A DNA stretch of 64,000 nt from Candidatus Woesearchaeota archaeon. GTDB lineage: Archaea; Nanobdellota; Nanobdellia; Woesearchaeales; WJIZ01. Made by a program: the position numbers and the translations under genes. The stretch covers positions 6,600 through 70,599 of the forward strand of contig JAGVYS010000002.1 in assembly GCA_018303125.1 (NCBI GenBank). The letters are read 5' to 3'. Shown in pieces: positions 1 through 9,503 of the stretch (the first letter of the stretch is position 1; every line of letters starts with the position of its first letter). A model generated the notes under the pieces. The model saw only the letters and a list, made by a program, of their open reading frames with translations. It was not told the origin of the DNA and ran no database searches.

Positions 1-38
1 CGAGAATCAAAGCAAGGGTCCTGGAGGTCCTTGAGTAA

Positions 39-821
39 ATGCTCCTTAAAAGAGAAGGATATCCGGAGGAAGATATTCTCGTTCTCTGTACTGTAACCAA
101 CATACATTACCATTCTGTTTTCGTAAGGCTGGACGAATACGACAAGTCCGGCCTCATACACATATCTGAGGTTGCTCCCGGAAGGATAAGGAACATAAGG
201 GATTTTGTTGTTGAGAGTAAGAAGGTAGTCTGCAAAGTTCTCAGGGTTGATGAAAGCAAGGGCCATATTGATCTCTCTCTAAGAAGAGTAAATGACAACC
301 AGAAAAGGACAAAGATAGACGAGATAAAGCAGGAGCAGAAATCAGAGAGGATAATCGAGCAGATAGCAAAAAACAACAAGATGGAGATTAAGAAGCTCTA
401 TAAGGATATCATAGGAAAGATATCCAAGAAGTACAAGGACCTGACATCATGCTTCAAGGATGCTGTAAAGAATCATTCACTTCTGGAAGAGCTTGGCATA
501 GACGCAAAGATAGCCGGCCAGCTCATAGAAATCATAAAGCTCAGGTTCAAGGAAGAGGAGATATTGATTGGAGGAATGCTTAAGCTTCAGACCTATGAGC
601 CAAATGGTATTGAGCTGATTAAAAAAAGCCTTGCAGATGCCTCCTCTGTCGATAAGAAAGTATCAATAGGCTATATTGGTGGCGGAAGCTATAAGGTAAG
701 CGTTGTCTCTGAAAGTTATAAGAAAGGGGAGAAAGTGCTTGAAGATGCCCTTTCCAAGGCAATGGCACCAATAATAGCCAACGGCAACGGGACAGCAGAG
801 TTTATAAGGAAACAGTCATGA
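39..821 (+). CDS. translation initiation factor 2 alpha subunit (aIF2-alpha), S1 domain
   Basis: 260 aa ORF with N-terminal S1 fold (GYPEEDILVLCTVTNI...GLIHISEV) and overall a/eIF2-alpha architecture; sits in the conserved archaeal aIF2a-Nop10-PAC2 neighbourhood. Confidence 0.85.
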   Translation: MLLKREGYPEEDILVLCTVTNIHYHSVFVRLDEYDKSGLIHISEVAPGRIRNIRDFVVESKKVVCKVLRVDESKGHIDLSLRRVNDNQKRTKIDEIKQEQKSERIIEQIAKNNKMEIKKLYKDIIGKISKKYKDLTSCFKDAVKNHSLLEELGIDAKIAGQLIEIIKLRFKEEEILIGGMLKLQTYEPNGIELIKKSLADASSVDKKVSIGYIGGGSYKVSVVSESYKKGEKVLEDALSKAMAPIIANGNGTAEFIRKQS

Positions 822-994
822 AACACATATACCTGTGCCATAAGTGTAATGTATTTACGATGAGCGAACTCTGCACTAAGTGTGGCTCAAAGGCCTCTAC
901 TCTAAAGCCGCCAAAGTATTCTCCTGAAGACAAATATGCTGGTTACAGGAGACAGGCAATGCAGGAAGAAAGGGAAAAAAGAGGCCTTATTTAG
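818..994 (+). CDS. nop10: H/ACA ribonucleoprotein subunit Nop10 (58 aa, absent from the ORF track because <60 aa)
   Basis: ATG overlaps the aIF2a stop (ATGA); protein MKHIYLCHKCNVFTMSELCTKCGSKASTLKPPKYSPEDKYAGYRRQ has the Nop10 zinc-ribbon CxxC..CxxC and the PxRFSPEDKY-like motif. Confidence 0.8.
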   Translation: MKHIYLCHKCNVFTMSELCTKCGSKASTLKPPKYSPEDKYAGYRRQAMQEEREKRGLI

Positions 995-1003
995 GGTGCA
1001 AAC

Positions 1004-1780
1004 ATGGGAAACTGGAGGATAAAGCAGTTTAAGGCAGTATCTCTTAAGAATGGTGTTCTCATAGAGGGCCTGCCTGGAATAGGGAATGTAGGCAAAGTTG
1101 CCGTAGATTTTCTTATAGATGAGCTTGAGGCAATAAAGCTATATGAGATAAGCTCTTTCACCTTTCCACATTCTGTCTTCATAAATGAAGATAACCTAGT
1201 TGAATTGCCTAAGATAGAGATTTTCTACAAAAAGGCAAAGGGGCAGGATTTTCTCCTTCTCAGCGGGGATGTCCAGCCAATAGATGAAGTAAGCTCTTAT
1301 GAGTTTTCCGAGAAGATAATTGATATATGCAAGAAGCACGGTTGCAGGGATATCATAACCCTTGGAGGAATAGGGCTTAGCGAGATTCCGAAAAAACCGA
1401 AGGTTTACTGCACAGGCAATACAAGCGATGCTGTTAAAAAATACAAGGATCCGATGATAAATACAAAGCTCTATGGAGTGGTTGGCCCCATAGTGGGCGT
1501 ATCAGGCCTTCTCCTTGGCCTATCTGAGCCAAGAATAAGGGCTGTGGCGCTATTGGCAGAAACATATGGCCATCCGATGTACCTGGGCATAAATGGAGCC
1601 AAGGAGATTCTTAAGTACCTTGGAAAGCGTTTTGGATTTGCAATAAACACCGAAAAGCTCGACAAGGAAGTAAAGGCTATGGAAAAAGAGACAATGAAAA
1701 GGACAGAAGAGCTTTCAAAGATAAGTAAAAAATCTGCCGGAAAAAGGCTCTTGGGCCAAGATGTCAATTATATAGGATAA
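1004..1780 (+). CDS. PAC2-family proteasome assembly chaperone
   Basis: 258 aa with the IEGLPGIGNVGKVA signature typical of archaeal PAC2/DUF75 proteins; conserved position downstream of aIF2a-Nop10. Confidence 0.65.
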   Translation: MGNWRIKQFKAVSLKNGVLIEGLPGIGNVGKVAVDFLIDELEAIKLYEISSFTFPHSVFINEDNLVELPKIEIFYKKAKGQDFLLLSGDVQPIDEVSSYEFSEKIIDICKKHGCRDIITLGGIGLSEIPKKPKVYCTGNTSDAVKKYKDPMINTKLYGVVGPIVGVSGLLLGLSEPRIRAVALLAETYGHPMYLGINGAKEILKYLGKRFGFAINTEKLDKEVKAMEKETMKRTEELSKISKKSAGKRLLGQDVNYIG

Positions 1781-2359
1781 TTATATCTCCTCGGCGCGTT
1801 TCTTGCTTACAAGTATATCTGCAATCTTGGATGGTAAATCTGCAGTATCCATCTCTCCGAAAGGGCCGTATTCCTCAAGCTCAGGGCCTATGAATTTAGG
1901 AACAGGGCTTATGAACCTTACTTTTTTCTGCTCATCCTTTGCAATTCCTTCATTTTTCTGAGGGATTTTTGCAGAAAGTTCTTTCATGACCTCCCTCTGA
2001 TTAAGGAAAATTTTTATTATTGTGTCAAACATTTCCCTTTCATGCGGAAGGAACTTGTCATAATCTGTTATTACCGACGATGTTTTGCTGCTGTTAAGTG
2101 CAAGTATTACCAGCTTCCTTGTCCTTCTGTCATCTATCTCCTCAAGTATCTTGTATATGCTCCTTACCCTGGACTCCTCTTTTTTTGAGTCAGGTGCTTG
2201 GCCTGCGGAATATATCTCTGCCTGAATAAACATGCTGACCCTTTCCATAAAATCCTGTTGGACCTCCTGCAGCTCTGCCCTCGAGCGCTCATTGCGAAGC
2301 AACTCAAATAGTGTTTCGTAGCTTATCTCCATTTCCCCATGCATATCATTAACCTGCAC
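1781..2359 (-). CDS. putative GINS subunit (Gins51/Gins15-like)
   Basis: N-terminal alpha-helical A-domain pattern (ETLFELLRNERSRAELQEVQQDF) and C-terminal B-domain-like VRFISPVPKFIGPELEEYGPFGEMDTADLP; size typical for archaeal Gins51. Confidence 0.5.
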   Translation of the reverse strand: MQVNDMHGEMEISYETLFELLRNERSRAELQEVQQDFMERVSMFIQAEIYSAGQAPDSKKEESRVRSIYKILEEIDDRRTRKLVILALNSSKTSSVITDYDKFLPHEREMFDTIIKIFLNQREVMKELSAKIPQKNEGIAKDEQKKVRFISPVPKFIGPELEEYGPFGEMDTADLPSKIADILVSKKRAEEI

Positions 2360-2393
2360 ATGTTTTTATACTTTTCCGCGAAAGGATTTTAAC

Positions 2394-3605
2394 ATGAGCC
2401 AGCATCCTGGCTTTATGGCAGAGCTAAGTTTCAATGACTTGGGCTTCGAAAACTGCGGAGACAGGGTAAAGGTAAGTTTCCTTAAGCTGTACTATTTCTT
2501 CATCTCAAAGGATGATCTGGAGAAGGCAAGCAATATCAGTGTTGAAGGCAATAAGATAACTTTCCATTCCTTAAGCCATGATAAGGCAGAAAAGCTTTTC
2601 ATGAAGCTCCTTGTCAGGAATTTTGCCAATCTTACAAACAAAGTTACAGAAAACCCTACTTTTTACATCCATAAGAATTCGGGCATTCCTCTGATAGGCA
2701 GCCTGAGCTTCGGCATAGTGGACAAAGGAACAATGTTCCTCGAGGTGAAGCCTTTCTCTGGCTGCAACGCTGACTGCATTTTCTGTTCTGTTGATGAGGG
2801 CCCTTCGTCGAAAAAAATCCTAGATATAGTTGTCGAGAAGGATTACCTTGTTGATGAAGTTTGCAAGCTCCTTGATTACAAGAAAAAGCCTGCCCATATA
2901 TACATAAATCCGCAGGGTGAGCCGTTGCTCTATCCTGAGATAATTTCGCTTGTAAAAGGTCTATCCGGCCTCAAATATGCTGAGAAAGTGATTATCATAA
3001 CAAATGGCACACTCTTGACAAGAAAGCTGGGGGATGAGCTAAACTCAGCCGGTGTTTCCTCTCTTAACATCTCCCTGCATTCTCTTGACCCTGAGAGGGC
3101 AAAGCAGCTTTTCAATATGAAAGGTTACAATGTTGGCAGGATAAAGGAAGTACTCGAATATCTGAAAGGCAAAGTGGAGATTATTCTTGCACCTGTGCTT
3201 CTGAAGGGCATGAACGAAAAGGACGTAGAGGAGATAGTTGCCTATGGGAAAACGCATGGTTTTAGCGTGAATATCCAGAATTTCCTGCATAATAATAAAG
3301 GCAGGAATCCTGTAAAGGAAATTGATTTTGATTCTTTCTACAGCTTTCTCAGGAAGCTGGAAGATAAATATTCATCAAAATTGATACTCCAGGGAGGCAT
3401 TCCCATCACAAAAGAGCTTCCTAAGCCATTCAGGAAAGGGGATATAATAGAGGTAGAAATGGCCTCAAAAGGCAGGTACAAAAATGAATTCATATGTTTT
3501 GCAAAGGGCAGGATTATCACAGTATACGGCGAAATAGGAAAGAATAGGACGAAAATAAAGATAACCAGAGATAACCATAACGTCTTTTATGGCGTGCCTG
3601 CTTGA
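2394..3605 (+). CDS. radical SAM protein with C-terminal TRAM-like domain
   Basis: CNADCIFC (CxxxCxxC) 4Fe-4S/SAM motif; C-terminus KGDIIEVEMASKGRY...GRIITVYGE resembles a TRAM domain; precise function unknown. Confidence 0.55.
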   Translation: MSQHPGFMAELSFNDLGFENCGDRVKVSFLKLYYFFISKDDLEKASNISVEGNKITFHSLSHDKAEKLFMKLLVRNFANLTNKVTENPTFYIHKNSGIPLIGSLSFGIVDKGTMFLEVKPFSGCNADCIFCSVDEGPSSKKILDIVVEKDYLVDEVCKLLDYKKKPAHIYINPQGEPLLYPEIISLVKGLSGLKYAEKVIIITNGTLLTRKLGDELNSAGVSSLNISLHSLDPERAKQLFNMKGYNVGRIKEVLEYLKGKVEIILAPVLLKGMNEKDVEEIVAYGKTHGFSVNIQNFLHNNKGRNPVKEIDFDSFYSFLRKLEDKYSSKLILQGGIPITKELPKPFRKGDIIEVEMASKGRYKNEFICFAKGRIITVYGEIGKNRTKIKITRDNHNVFYGVPA

Positions 3606-3729
3606 TAATATAAGTCGTTAATTTGGAAGTATTCTATTGGATTTCAGTTCCTTGAATAACTTCTGCAGAATATTGCCTAGATTTAGATAGAGTTAAAGAA
3701 AAAGAGAGAAATATAAAAGAAAAAAAAGA

Positions 3730-3748
3730 AAGGGAAATTAATTCCCTT
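3730..3748 (-). terminator. hairpin (AAGGGA/TCCCTT stem) overlapping the S-layer gene stop, followed by an oligo-T tract on the coding strand
   Basis: Inverted repeat aagggaaattaattccctt at the 3' end of the minus-strand S-layer ORF, then a T-rich run (plus strand shows aaagaaaaaaaag at 3708-3729). Confidence 0.4.
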
Positions 3749-6287
3749 ACTGGGTTACGTTAACAGCTGGTACTACAGGTGCATCAACTACTGGTGCTAC
3801 CACATTTGTCAGCACATCAACGCCATTGACCTTGGTTACCAACTGCTTGGTTACGCCATCAGCCAATGCCTTCAGCTTTGTTGACTCTGCAACTATTGAT
3901 GTAGCTGCCTTTGTATCTGCTGCAAGTGTTCCTGCAACAAGCAATGCTACATTTCCGTTTGCATGGTTAACAAGCTGTATCAGTGCCTCACCAGAGGTTA
4001 ATGTCCAGCCGGTACATGTTGGGAAATCTGCTGATGTCTTCTCGACAGCTGCGTTGGCGCATGGCCCTCCAACAAGTATCACGTTCATGGTGGTTTCCTT
4101 GCCGACTATCTCGCTGGCAAGCTTTGTTGCACCAACATCAATCTTGTTCAGGAATACTGCTTCTCCTGATGCATCAACTGATGTGACCTTTGTTGCTCCT
4201 GCTGTAACGAAGACATTTGCGACAGCCTCTTTCTTCGAGATGGTTATCTCCCACTTGTCCTGATTGTCTGTGCTCTTCTGGACAATTTTGTTTCCCCATG
4301 GCGTATAAGCCTGGTTCTGGTTGTCATCGCTGTCCATGGGTATCATGAAAGCGGACCTTCCAAAGCCCCATCCTGTTGTTGGGATTGTTGCTACTCCATT
4401 TTGCGTTGTGTTGATTGCAGATACATCCAGTCCATCGGCTGCAGTATATGTTACATTAAACATAAGCTCATCGATGTCTGTAGATGAATCTTCCTTTCCA
4501 TCAAGGTCCTCAGTAACATTGAAGACACCTGACCAGTTACCCTGGGCAATCTGATCAATTACTGTGGAGGAGTTTATACCATATACTGGGTTCAGACCGA
4601 TTTTCACATCGTACTGAGTCCAGATATCTGCTATTGTATCTCCAGTATCTGCAGCAATGTTTGATAGTCTCACACAATCGCCTGCTGGGTTAGAGACATC
4701 AATGGTATAGGTTGCTCCATCCATGACAACACTAGACACGTTGAAACCAGATGAGTCAGTATAGCTGTAGTCATTGCTATCTCCGGTTCCTAAGTCCTTC
4801 AGTGTCACTACCTTGTCTGTTGGGCTTACGTCTGACAATCTCAAAATCCTTGAGTTCTTGTTGGACTCAACGATAAAGAGGTCGTTTTTACATACAGTCT
4901 CGCCTTCCCTGAATCTCAGAGGGTCTGCGCCGTTATCATCTTCGCCCCAACCAATATGTGGTCCGGGTGCAGTTGCGTTGTAGTACAATATCCTCTGGTC
5001 ATACTTCACTCCCTTCCTGTTGGTGAACTCAAACTTGTAATAGTTCTTTCCAGAAGGCGTGAATTTCAGCATCTCCGTGTCACTTGCCTCTAACCCAGAG
5101 AACTGATAGTCAATTCCAAGCTTGTCAAACATAAGCTTGTAATCCTTGTTGTCGCTTACTGCTTCAGATAGCTTTCCGCCAACGGGTACAAAATAATCGT
5201 CTGTTGGTGTCCATTGTATTTGGATTTCGCTAAGCTTTCTCTCAGAGCCCGAATCACTCTGGGTTATGGTAACCGTAGCGTCGCTGATTGATTCATCTCC
5301 TACTTCCAATCTTGCATTCTGCCCGTCCAATACTAGCTTTTGTGCGCCAAGGTAGAACTCAACAAGGTTCTGCTTTACATCCCCTGCTTTTGTTGGGAAT
5401 ATCTCCTTGATGCCTATTTCAATACCATCCTTCAGCGTATAAGTCTCGTCGTTGGACAATGAGCTTGTTGACTCATCGTTTACCGTGAACTTTGTTATTG
5501 ATGTGGCACTGGTATCACCTGATACGATATCGTTGGTAACGACATATTCCTTTCCATTAAGAGTGTATGTCTTGGTCTGACCAACTTCAAGGGTATCCTG
5601 ATATGCTCCGGACATAAGGGTAAGTTTCATGTTCCCACTTGCGTTTACTGCCTTGGTAATTGTATAAGTGTTACCAAGCATAGTAATCTGCTCATCCTCA
5701 AAGTCCTTTAGCTTTGTACCATCCCAATCAGATGTTGCTGATGTTGTGAAAGACAACTTATAGTTTATTGCCCTAACTGCATTTTGGAAAGTCAGGTAAA
5801 GTGCTGGATCCTCTGGGCTTACATCTGGGTCTGTCGTAAATCCAACTGATGCAGTTGGCATGGTAAGTGTCTGTGTATAATCAACACTTGACTTAGCCCT
5901 AAATTTGCCATCTGCAAGTGCAGTAAGGTCTGCATCATCAAGAACTGAACTTACGACGCTTAAATTCTGGTATAAGTTTAAGGCATTGCCACTCTCAGAT
6001 ACTCTGAATGCATCCCCTTCAACAGAAACAGATGTAGTTGCTCCAGTGCCTGCCTTAATCTTTGCTGCAAACTGCAAACCGGCTGCAATGTCAGATACTC
6101 CCAATACATCCTGTGCAGATGCTAGGTCTCCTACAACTAGTGCTCCTGTAAACTTGCCATCCTTTATGAATGGGGACGGATAGTCGTTAAGGTCTGCTAG
6201 TGCGGTCGCTCCAAACATGGTAGCGCCAACCATTGTGCTGCCTAATCCCAAGGCAACGATCCTCTTTATTGTTTTTCTTAGTTTCAT
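3747..6287 (-). CDS. S-layer protein (S_layer_N / S_layer_C family, Methanococcales type); ORF extends to 6344 but the signal-peptide start at 6287 is preferred
   Basis: Signal peptide MKLRKTIKRIVALGLGSTMVGATMFGATALA preceded by a GAGGTG SD-like box; N-domain motif ALVVGDLASAQDVLGVSDIAAGLQFAAK; C-terminal Cys pair (GGPCANAAV...CTGW); Thr/Ser/Val-rich; GC-richer, codon-biased gene consistent with high expression. Confidence 0.75.
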   Translation of the reverse strand: MKLRKTIKRIVALGLGSTMVGATMFGATALADLNDYPSPFIKDGKFTGALVVGDLASAQDVLGVSDIAAGLQFAAKIKAGTGATTSVSVEGDAFRVSESGNALNLYQNLSVVSSVLDDADLTALADGKFRAKSSVDYTQTLTMPTASVGFTTDPDVSPEDPALYLTFQNAVRAINYKLSFTTSATSDWDGTKLKDFEDEQITMLGNTYTITKAVNASGNMKLTLMSGAYQDTLEVGQTKTYTLNGKEYVVTNDIVSGDTSATSITKFTVNDESTSSLSNDETYTLKDGIEIGIKEIFPTKAGDVKQNLVEFYLGAQKLVLDGQNARLEVGDESISDATVTITQSDSGSERKLSEIQIQWTPTDDYFVPVGGKLSEAVSDNKDYKLMFDKLGIDYQFSGLEASDTEMLKFTPSGKNYYKFEFTNRKGVKYDQRILYYNATAPGPHIGWGEDDNGADPLRFREGETVCKNDLFIVESNKNSRILRLSDVSPTDKVVTLKDLGTGDSNDYSYTDSSGFNVSSVVMDGATYTIDVSNPAGDCVRLSNIAADTGDTIADIWTQYDVKIGLNPVYGINSSTVIDQIAQGNWSGVFNVTEDLDGKEDSSTDIDELMFNVTYTAADGLDVSAINTTQNGVATIPTTGWGFGRSAFMIPMDSDDNQNQAYTPWGNKIVQKSTDNQDKWEITISKKEAVANVFVTAGATKVTSVDASGEAVFLNKIDVGATKLASEIVGKETTMNVILVGGPCANAAVEKTSADFPTCTGWTLTSGEALIQLVNHANGNVALLVAGTLAADTKAATSIVAESTKLKALADGVTKQLVTKVNGVDVLTNVVAPVVDAPVVPAVNVTQ

Positions 6288-6457
6288 TGTGTTTCCACAC
6301 CTCACTTGATATTTAATTGAGCATTTACGTGCTGGTAAACGCACAGAGTGATTGATGTAGCGAGTTCTTTATAAAGATTCTTATATTTCGCTTTATATAA
6401 AGAGGACATAAAGTTTATATCTGGAAAATTTTTAAGAATAAAACTTTAGTAACTGCA

Positions 6458-7315
6458 TCATATTTTTAGCTGTTTTGAACCGAGAACAGCATAAAAAGAA
6501 TCAAATATCGGCATACTGGTGTCTACTTGTGCAAAATTTATGCCTTTTATGCTGCACTCATGTTCTATCTCCTCTGTATGCTGCCTCATCCTCTTAACAT
6601 ACTCCTCTTTATCCCTTATGGAAAAGTAGGTCCTCATAGTTTCCCCTGATTCAGAATCTTGAAACTTGAAATTTCCTTCAAAGAAAGGCTCTTTTTCATT
6701 TCTGCTTACCACTTGTATAAATGAAGCATCAGCATGCCCGAGGTGCATTATTGTTTCCTTTATGTCATCAATAGAGGAAAAGAAGTCCGATATTACAACA
6801 ATAAGTGACCTGGAGCCTATGGAATGCCTGTATTTCCTCCCAAGACTCCTCATATCCGTTTTTCCACTTGGCTTTATGGAGTTAAGGTAGTCTATCATTG
6901 CCATAACCTGAGACATGCCCCTCTTTGGCTGGTATGCATCTATATTTTCTGAAAATGTCGCAAACTGCACTTTGTCATTGGATTTCATGCCAAGATAAGC
7001 GTAACCTACACCAAGCATCGACGCATAGTCAAATTTCCTGGCAAACCCCATTGACCTGGATTTATCGACGAGAACATGTACTGTTAAGCTTCTTTCCTCT
7101 TCATAATTTTTCATCATCAGCTCATCCGTGCGTGCATAAACTTTCCAGTCTATTGCCCTGAAATCATCTCCTGGAGAATAAATCCTATGGTCCTTGAAAA
7201 CCATTCCTCTTCCGAATGCAGTGGATTTCCTTGGGCCGGAATAATTGGACGTTACTCTTTTCCGTATTATAAGGCTGAATTTCGACATCCCGTCGAGAAA
7301 CGAAGAGTCTATCAT
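6458..7315 (-). CDS. DUF58-domain protein (MoxR-associated, vWA-like)
   Basis: Motif GDDFRAIDWKVYARTDELMMKNYEEE characteristic of DUF58; translationally coupled (overlap) with the upstream MoxR ATPase. Confidence 0.75.
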   Translation of the reverse strand: MIDSSFLDGMSKFSLIIRKRVTSNYSGPRKSTAFGRGMVFKDHRIYSPGDDFRAIDWKVYARTDELMMKNYEEERSLTVHVLVDKSRSMGFARKFDYASMLGVGYAYLGMKSNDKVQFATFSENIDAYQPKRGMSQVMAMIDYLNSIKPSGKTDMRSLGRKYRHSIGSRSLIVVISDFFSSIDDIKETIMHLGHADASFIQVVSRNEKEPFFEGNFKFQDSESGETMRTYFSIRDKEEYVKRMRQHTEEIEHECSIKGINFAQVDTSMPIFDSFYAVLGSKQLKI

Positions 7316-8247
7316 TTGACTTTTTTGATTAATTGCTCTATGACCTGGTCAGGAGTCATTCCTTTTCTCTCTGCCTCGAAATTTAGCAATATCCTGTGCC
7401 TTAGGACAGGATAAGCCAGTTTCTCTATATCCTGGACAGAGACATGGCTCCTGCCTTCTATAAGCGCAGATGCTTTTGCTGCAAGTATTAACCCTATTGA
7501 CGCTCTTGGCGAGGCGCCGTAATGAAGCATATCTTTCTCTTTCCTCGTCTGCTGGACAATCTTAACCACCCTTTGCTTGAGATCCTGGGCAATTGGCATC
7601 TCCCTTACAAGGCTCTGCATTGTGAAAATATGTGTCTTTGTGAGCATTGGCTTTAGGTTCTTTGGCTGCTCATGCTCAGAATATATGTCAGCAATCTTAA
7701 GCTCGTCCTCAAAGTTAGGGTAGTCAACAAGTATCTTTAAAAGGAACCTGTCCTGCTGTGCCTCTGGGAGGGGATATGTTCCCTCTTGCTCGATTGGGTT
7801 TTGTGTGGCAAGAACAAAGAATGGCTTGTCAAGTTCAAAAGTCTCATTCCCCACTGTAACCTGCTTTTCCTGCATTGCCTCCAGAAGAGCGCTCTGCGAT
7901 TTCGGTGTTGCCCTGTTAATCTCATCTGCAAGGACTATGTTTGAAAATACTGGGCCTTTCTGGAACTTGAATTCCCTTTTTCCGGCTTTATCGTCTATTA
8001 TGTATGTACCAGTTATGTCAGATGGCATAAGGTCTGGAGTGCTCTGTATCCTTGTGAATTTAAGGTCCATGAGCTGTGCAAGAGTCTTGACAGCCAAAGT
8101 TTTTGCCAATCCCGGGAAGCCTTCCAGAAGGGCATTTGAATTGCTCAGTATGCATATAAGTATCTGCCTTATAACCTCATCCTGTCCGACGACAACCTTG
8201 TTTACTTCCTTGAAGAGGCTGTCGAATGCTTGCTTGTAGCTTTTCAT
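7312..8247 (-). CDS. moxR: MoxR-family AAA+ ATPase
   Basis: VVGQDEVIRQILICIL...EGFPGLAKTLAVKTLAQL (Walker A-like) and overall MoxR/AAA_3 layout. Confidence 0.9.
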   Translation of the reverse strand: MKSYKQAFDSLFKEVNKVVVGQDEVIRQILICILSNSNALLEGFPGLAKTLAVKTLAQLMDLKFTRIQSTPDLMPSDITGTYIIDDKAGKREFKFQKGPVFSNIVLADEINRATPKSQSALLEAMQEKQVTVGNETFELDKPFFVLATQNPIEQEGTYPLPEAQQDRFLLKILVDYPNFEDELKIADIYSEHEQPKNLKPMLTKTHIFTMQSLVREMPIAQDLKQRVVKIVQQTRKEKDMLHYGASPRASIGLILAAKASALIEGRSHVSVQDIEKLAYPVLRHRILLNFEAERKGMTPDQVIEQLIKKVK

Positions 8248-8257
8248 GTGTCATCAC

Positions 8258-9007
8258 CTAGTTTGCTTTTTTCCTGTCAAAGTACCTTTTTATAAGTATC
8301 TGCTGTTCCTCATTAAACTCAGACTCATAAGCCGCTCCGCTCGATATTAGTATATCACTCGGGAATGATGTGCTGAAATCATAGTCACCTATTTCCCTTG
8401 CCTCTGAAAAATCAAAATCCAATCCGACAGGGTTGATTTCTACAACTATCTTCTCGTTGCCTATCTCAAGCACGGATATGTCTCCTCCTGTAAAATCTGC
8501 CTGCTCTATTTTCTCATCTTTGTCCTGGAATCTCTTCAGTGTTGATTCAACCGCAGCTGAAAAATCAAGAAGCTGTAAGTTCCTGCTTGATACATAAACT
8601 GATGAGGAAACAAGGATTATAAGCATAATTGAGAGTATGATTGCGCTCCTTTCAAAAAAGAAGCTGCTCAAGCTTACTCCCTTAAGATCATGGACAACCT
8701 CTTCCTCAAGATTCTTTAGTACAACGCTATCCTTGTTGCTGTAATCCCTCGCTGTCCTCAATTTCTCGTCTAGTTCAGGATATTTCTGCTCAACTTTCCT
8801 CACATTGTCAGACCTTGGCTCAATTACAAGGGATGAGAAAAGATAGATTATTGCCGGTATTGCTGCAAGATAAGGGTTCAGGCCTGTTATATAGAGGGAA
8901 AAGTAAAATGCCATAAGTATAACAAGGCCTTTCAGTATAACAAAAAAAATGTCAACTTTCCTAAATGAGTCGTCAATTTCGCTTATGGCTTTTTTTATCT
9001 TTTCCAT
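8258..9007 (-). CDS. membrane protein of the MoxR/vWA operon (ORF extends to 9058; internal Met at 9007 avoids overlap with the upstream gene)
   Basis: Two or more predicted TM helices, acidic C-terminal region; no recognisable catalytic motif. Confidence 0.4.
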   Translation of the reverse strand: MEKIKKAISEIDDSFRKVDIFFVILKGLVILMAFYFSLYITGLNPYLAAIPAIIYLFSSLVIEPRSDNVRKVEQKYPELDEKLRTARDYSNKDSVVLKNLEEEVVHDLKGVSLSSFFFERSAIILSIMLIILVSSSVYVSSRNLQLLDFSAAVESTLKRFQDKDEKIEQADFTGGDISVLEIGNEKIVVEINPVGLDFDFSEAREIGDYDFSTSFPSDILISSGAAYESEFNEEQQILIKRYFDRKKAN

Positions 9008-9008
9008 T

Positions 9009-9503
9009 TTAACATACAGATGTATCTCCGCTACAAACCGTATCGACTTTATCCTCATATTCCTTTATATCGTCCTTCAATGATTCGACTTCGTTTTTCA
9101 AGCTGGTAATTTCCTTTTTCTGGTCAGATATCTCTGACTGCGCCGAAAGAAGCTTGTTCGTTGATTCAAGCAATTGTGTCTTTGTCTCAGAAAGATCAGA
9201 CTCAAGCCTGCTCTTGTCTGTTTTTAGGCCATCATTCTCTGTCCTTATCTCATCATATTTTTTGCTTAGGGCGGTTTCATCCTGAGACTTATCCTGAAGG
9301 TCCTCAGCAGTCTTGTTAAGCCTTGTCTTGTAGAAAAGAAGCTGGTCTGCCACTTCTTCCAGATTGTTGAGTTTCTTGCTGTATTCATGCGATAAGGTTG
9401 TGTAATTGTGATTATAGTATAGGCCGAGAAACACAAAGCATACTGCTACCATTACTACAATTATCAGGAGCCCTACATTAACATCTTTTTTTAAAAAGCT
9501 CAT
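9009..9503 (-). CDS. N-terminally membrane-anchored coiled-coil protein
   Basis: One N-terminal TM helix (LLIIVVMVAVCFVFLGLYY) followed by ~120 aa of heptad-rich, charged sequence (LESDLSETKTQLLESTNKLLSAQSEISDQKKEITSLKNEVESLKDD). Confidence 0.4.
   Translation of the reverse strand: MSFLKKDVNVGLLIIVVMVAVCFVFLGLYYNHNYTTLSHEYSKKLNNLEEVADQLLFYKTRLNKTAEDLQDKSQDETALSKKYDEIRTENDGLKTDKSRLESDLSETKTQLLESTNKLLSAQSEISDQKKEITSLKNEVESLKDDIKEYEDKVDTVCSGDTSVC

Noticed and set aside
3826-6183. Several ORF-track entries on the plus strand inside the S-layer gene (3826..4263, 3983..4186, 4321..4554, 4774..4983, 5905..6183)
   Set aside because: They are antisense to a long, well-supported coding region with strong codon bias and have no motifs. 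Shadow ORFs of this kind are typical of GC-skewed, Ala/Thr/Val-rich genes.
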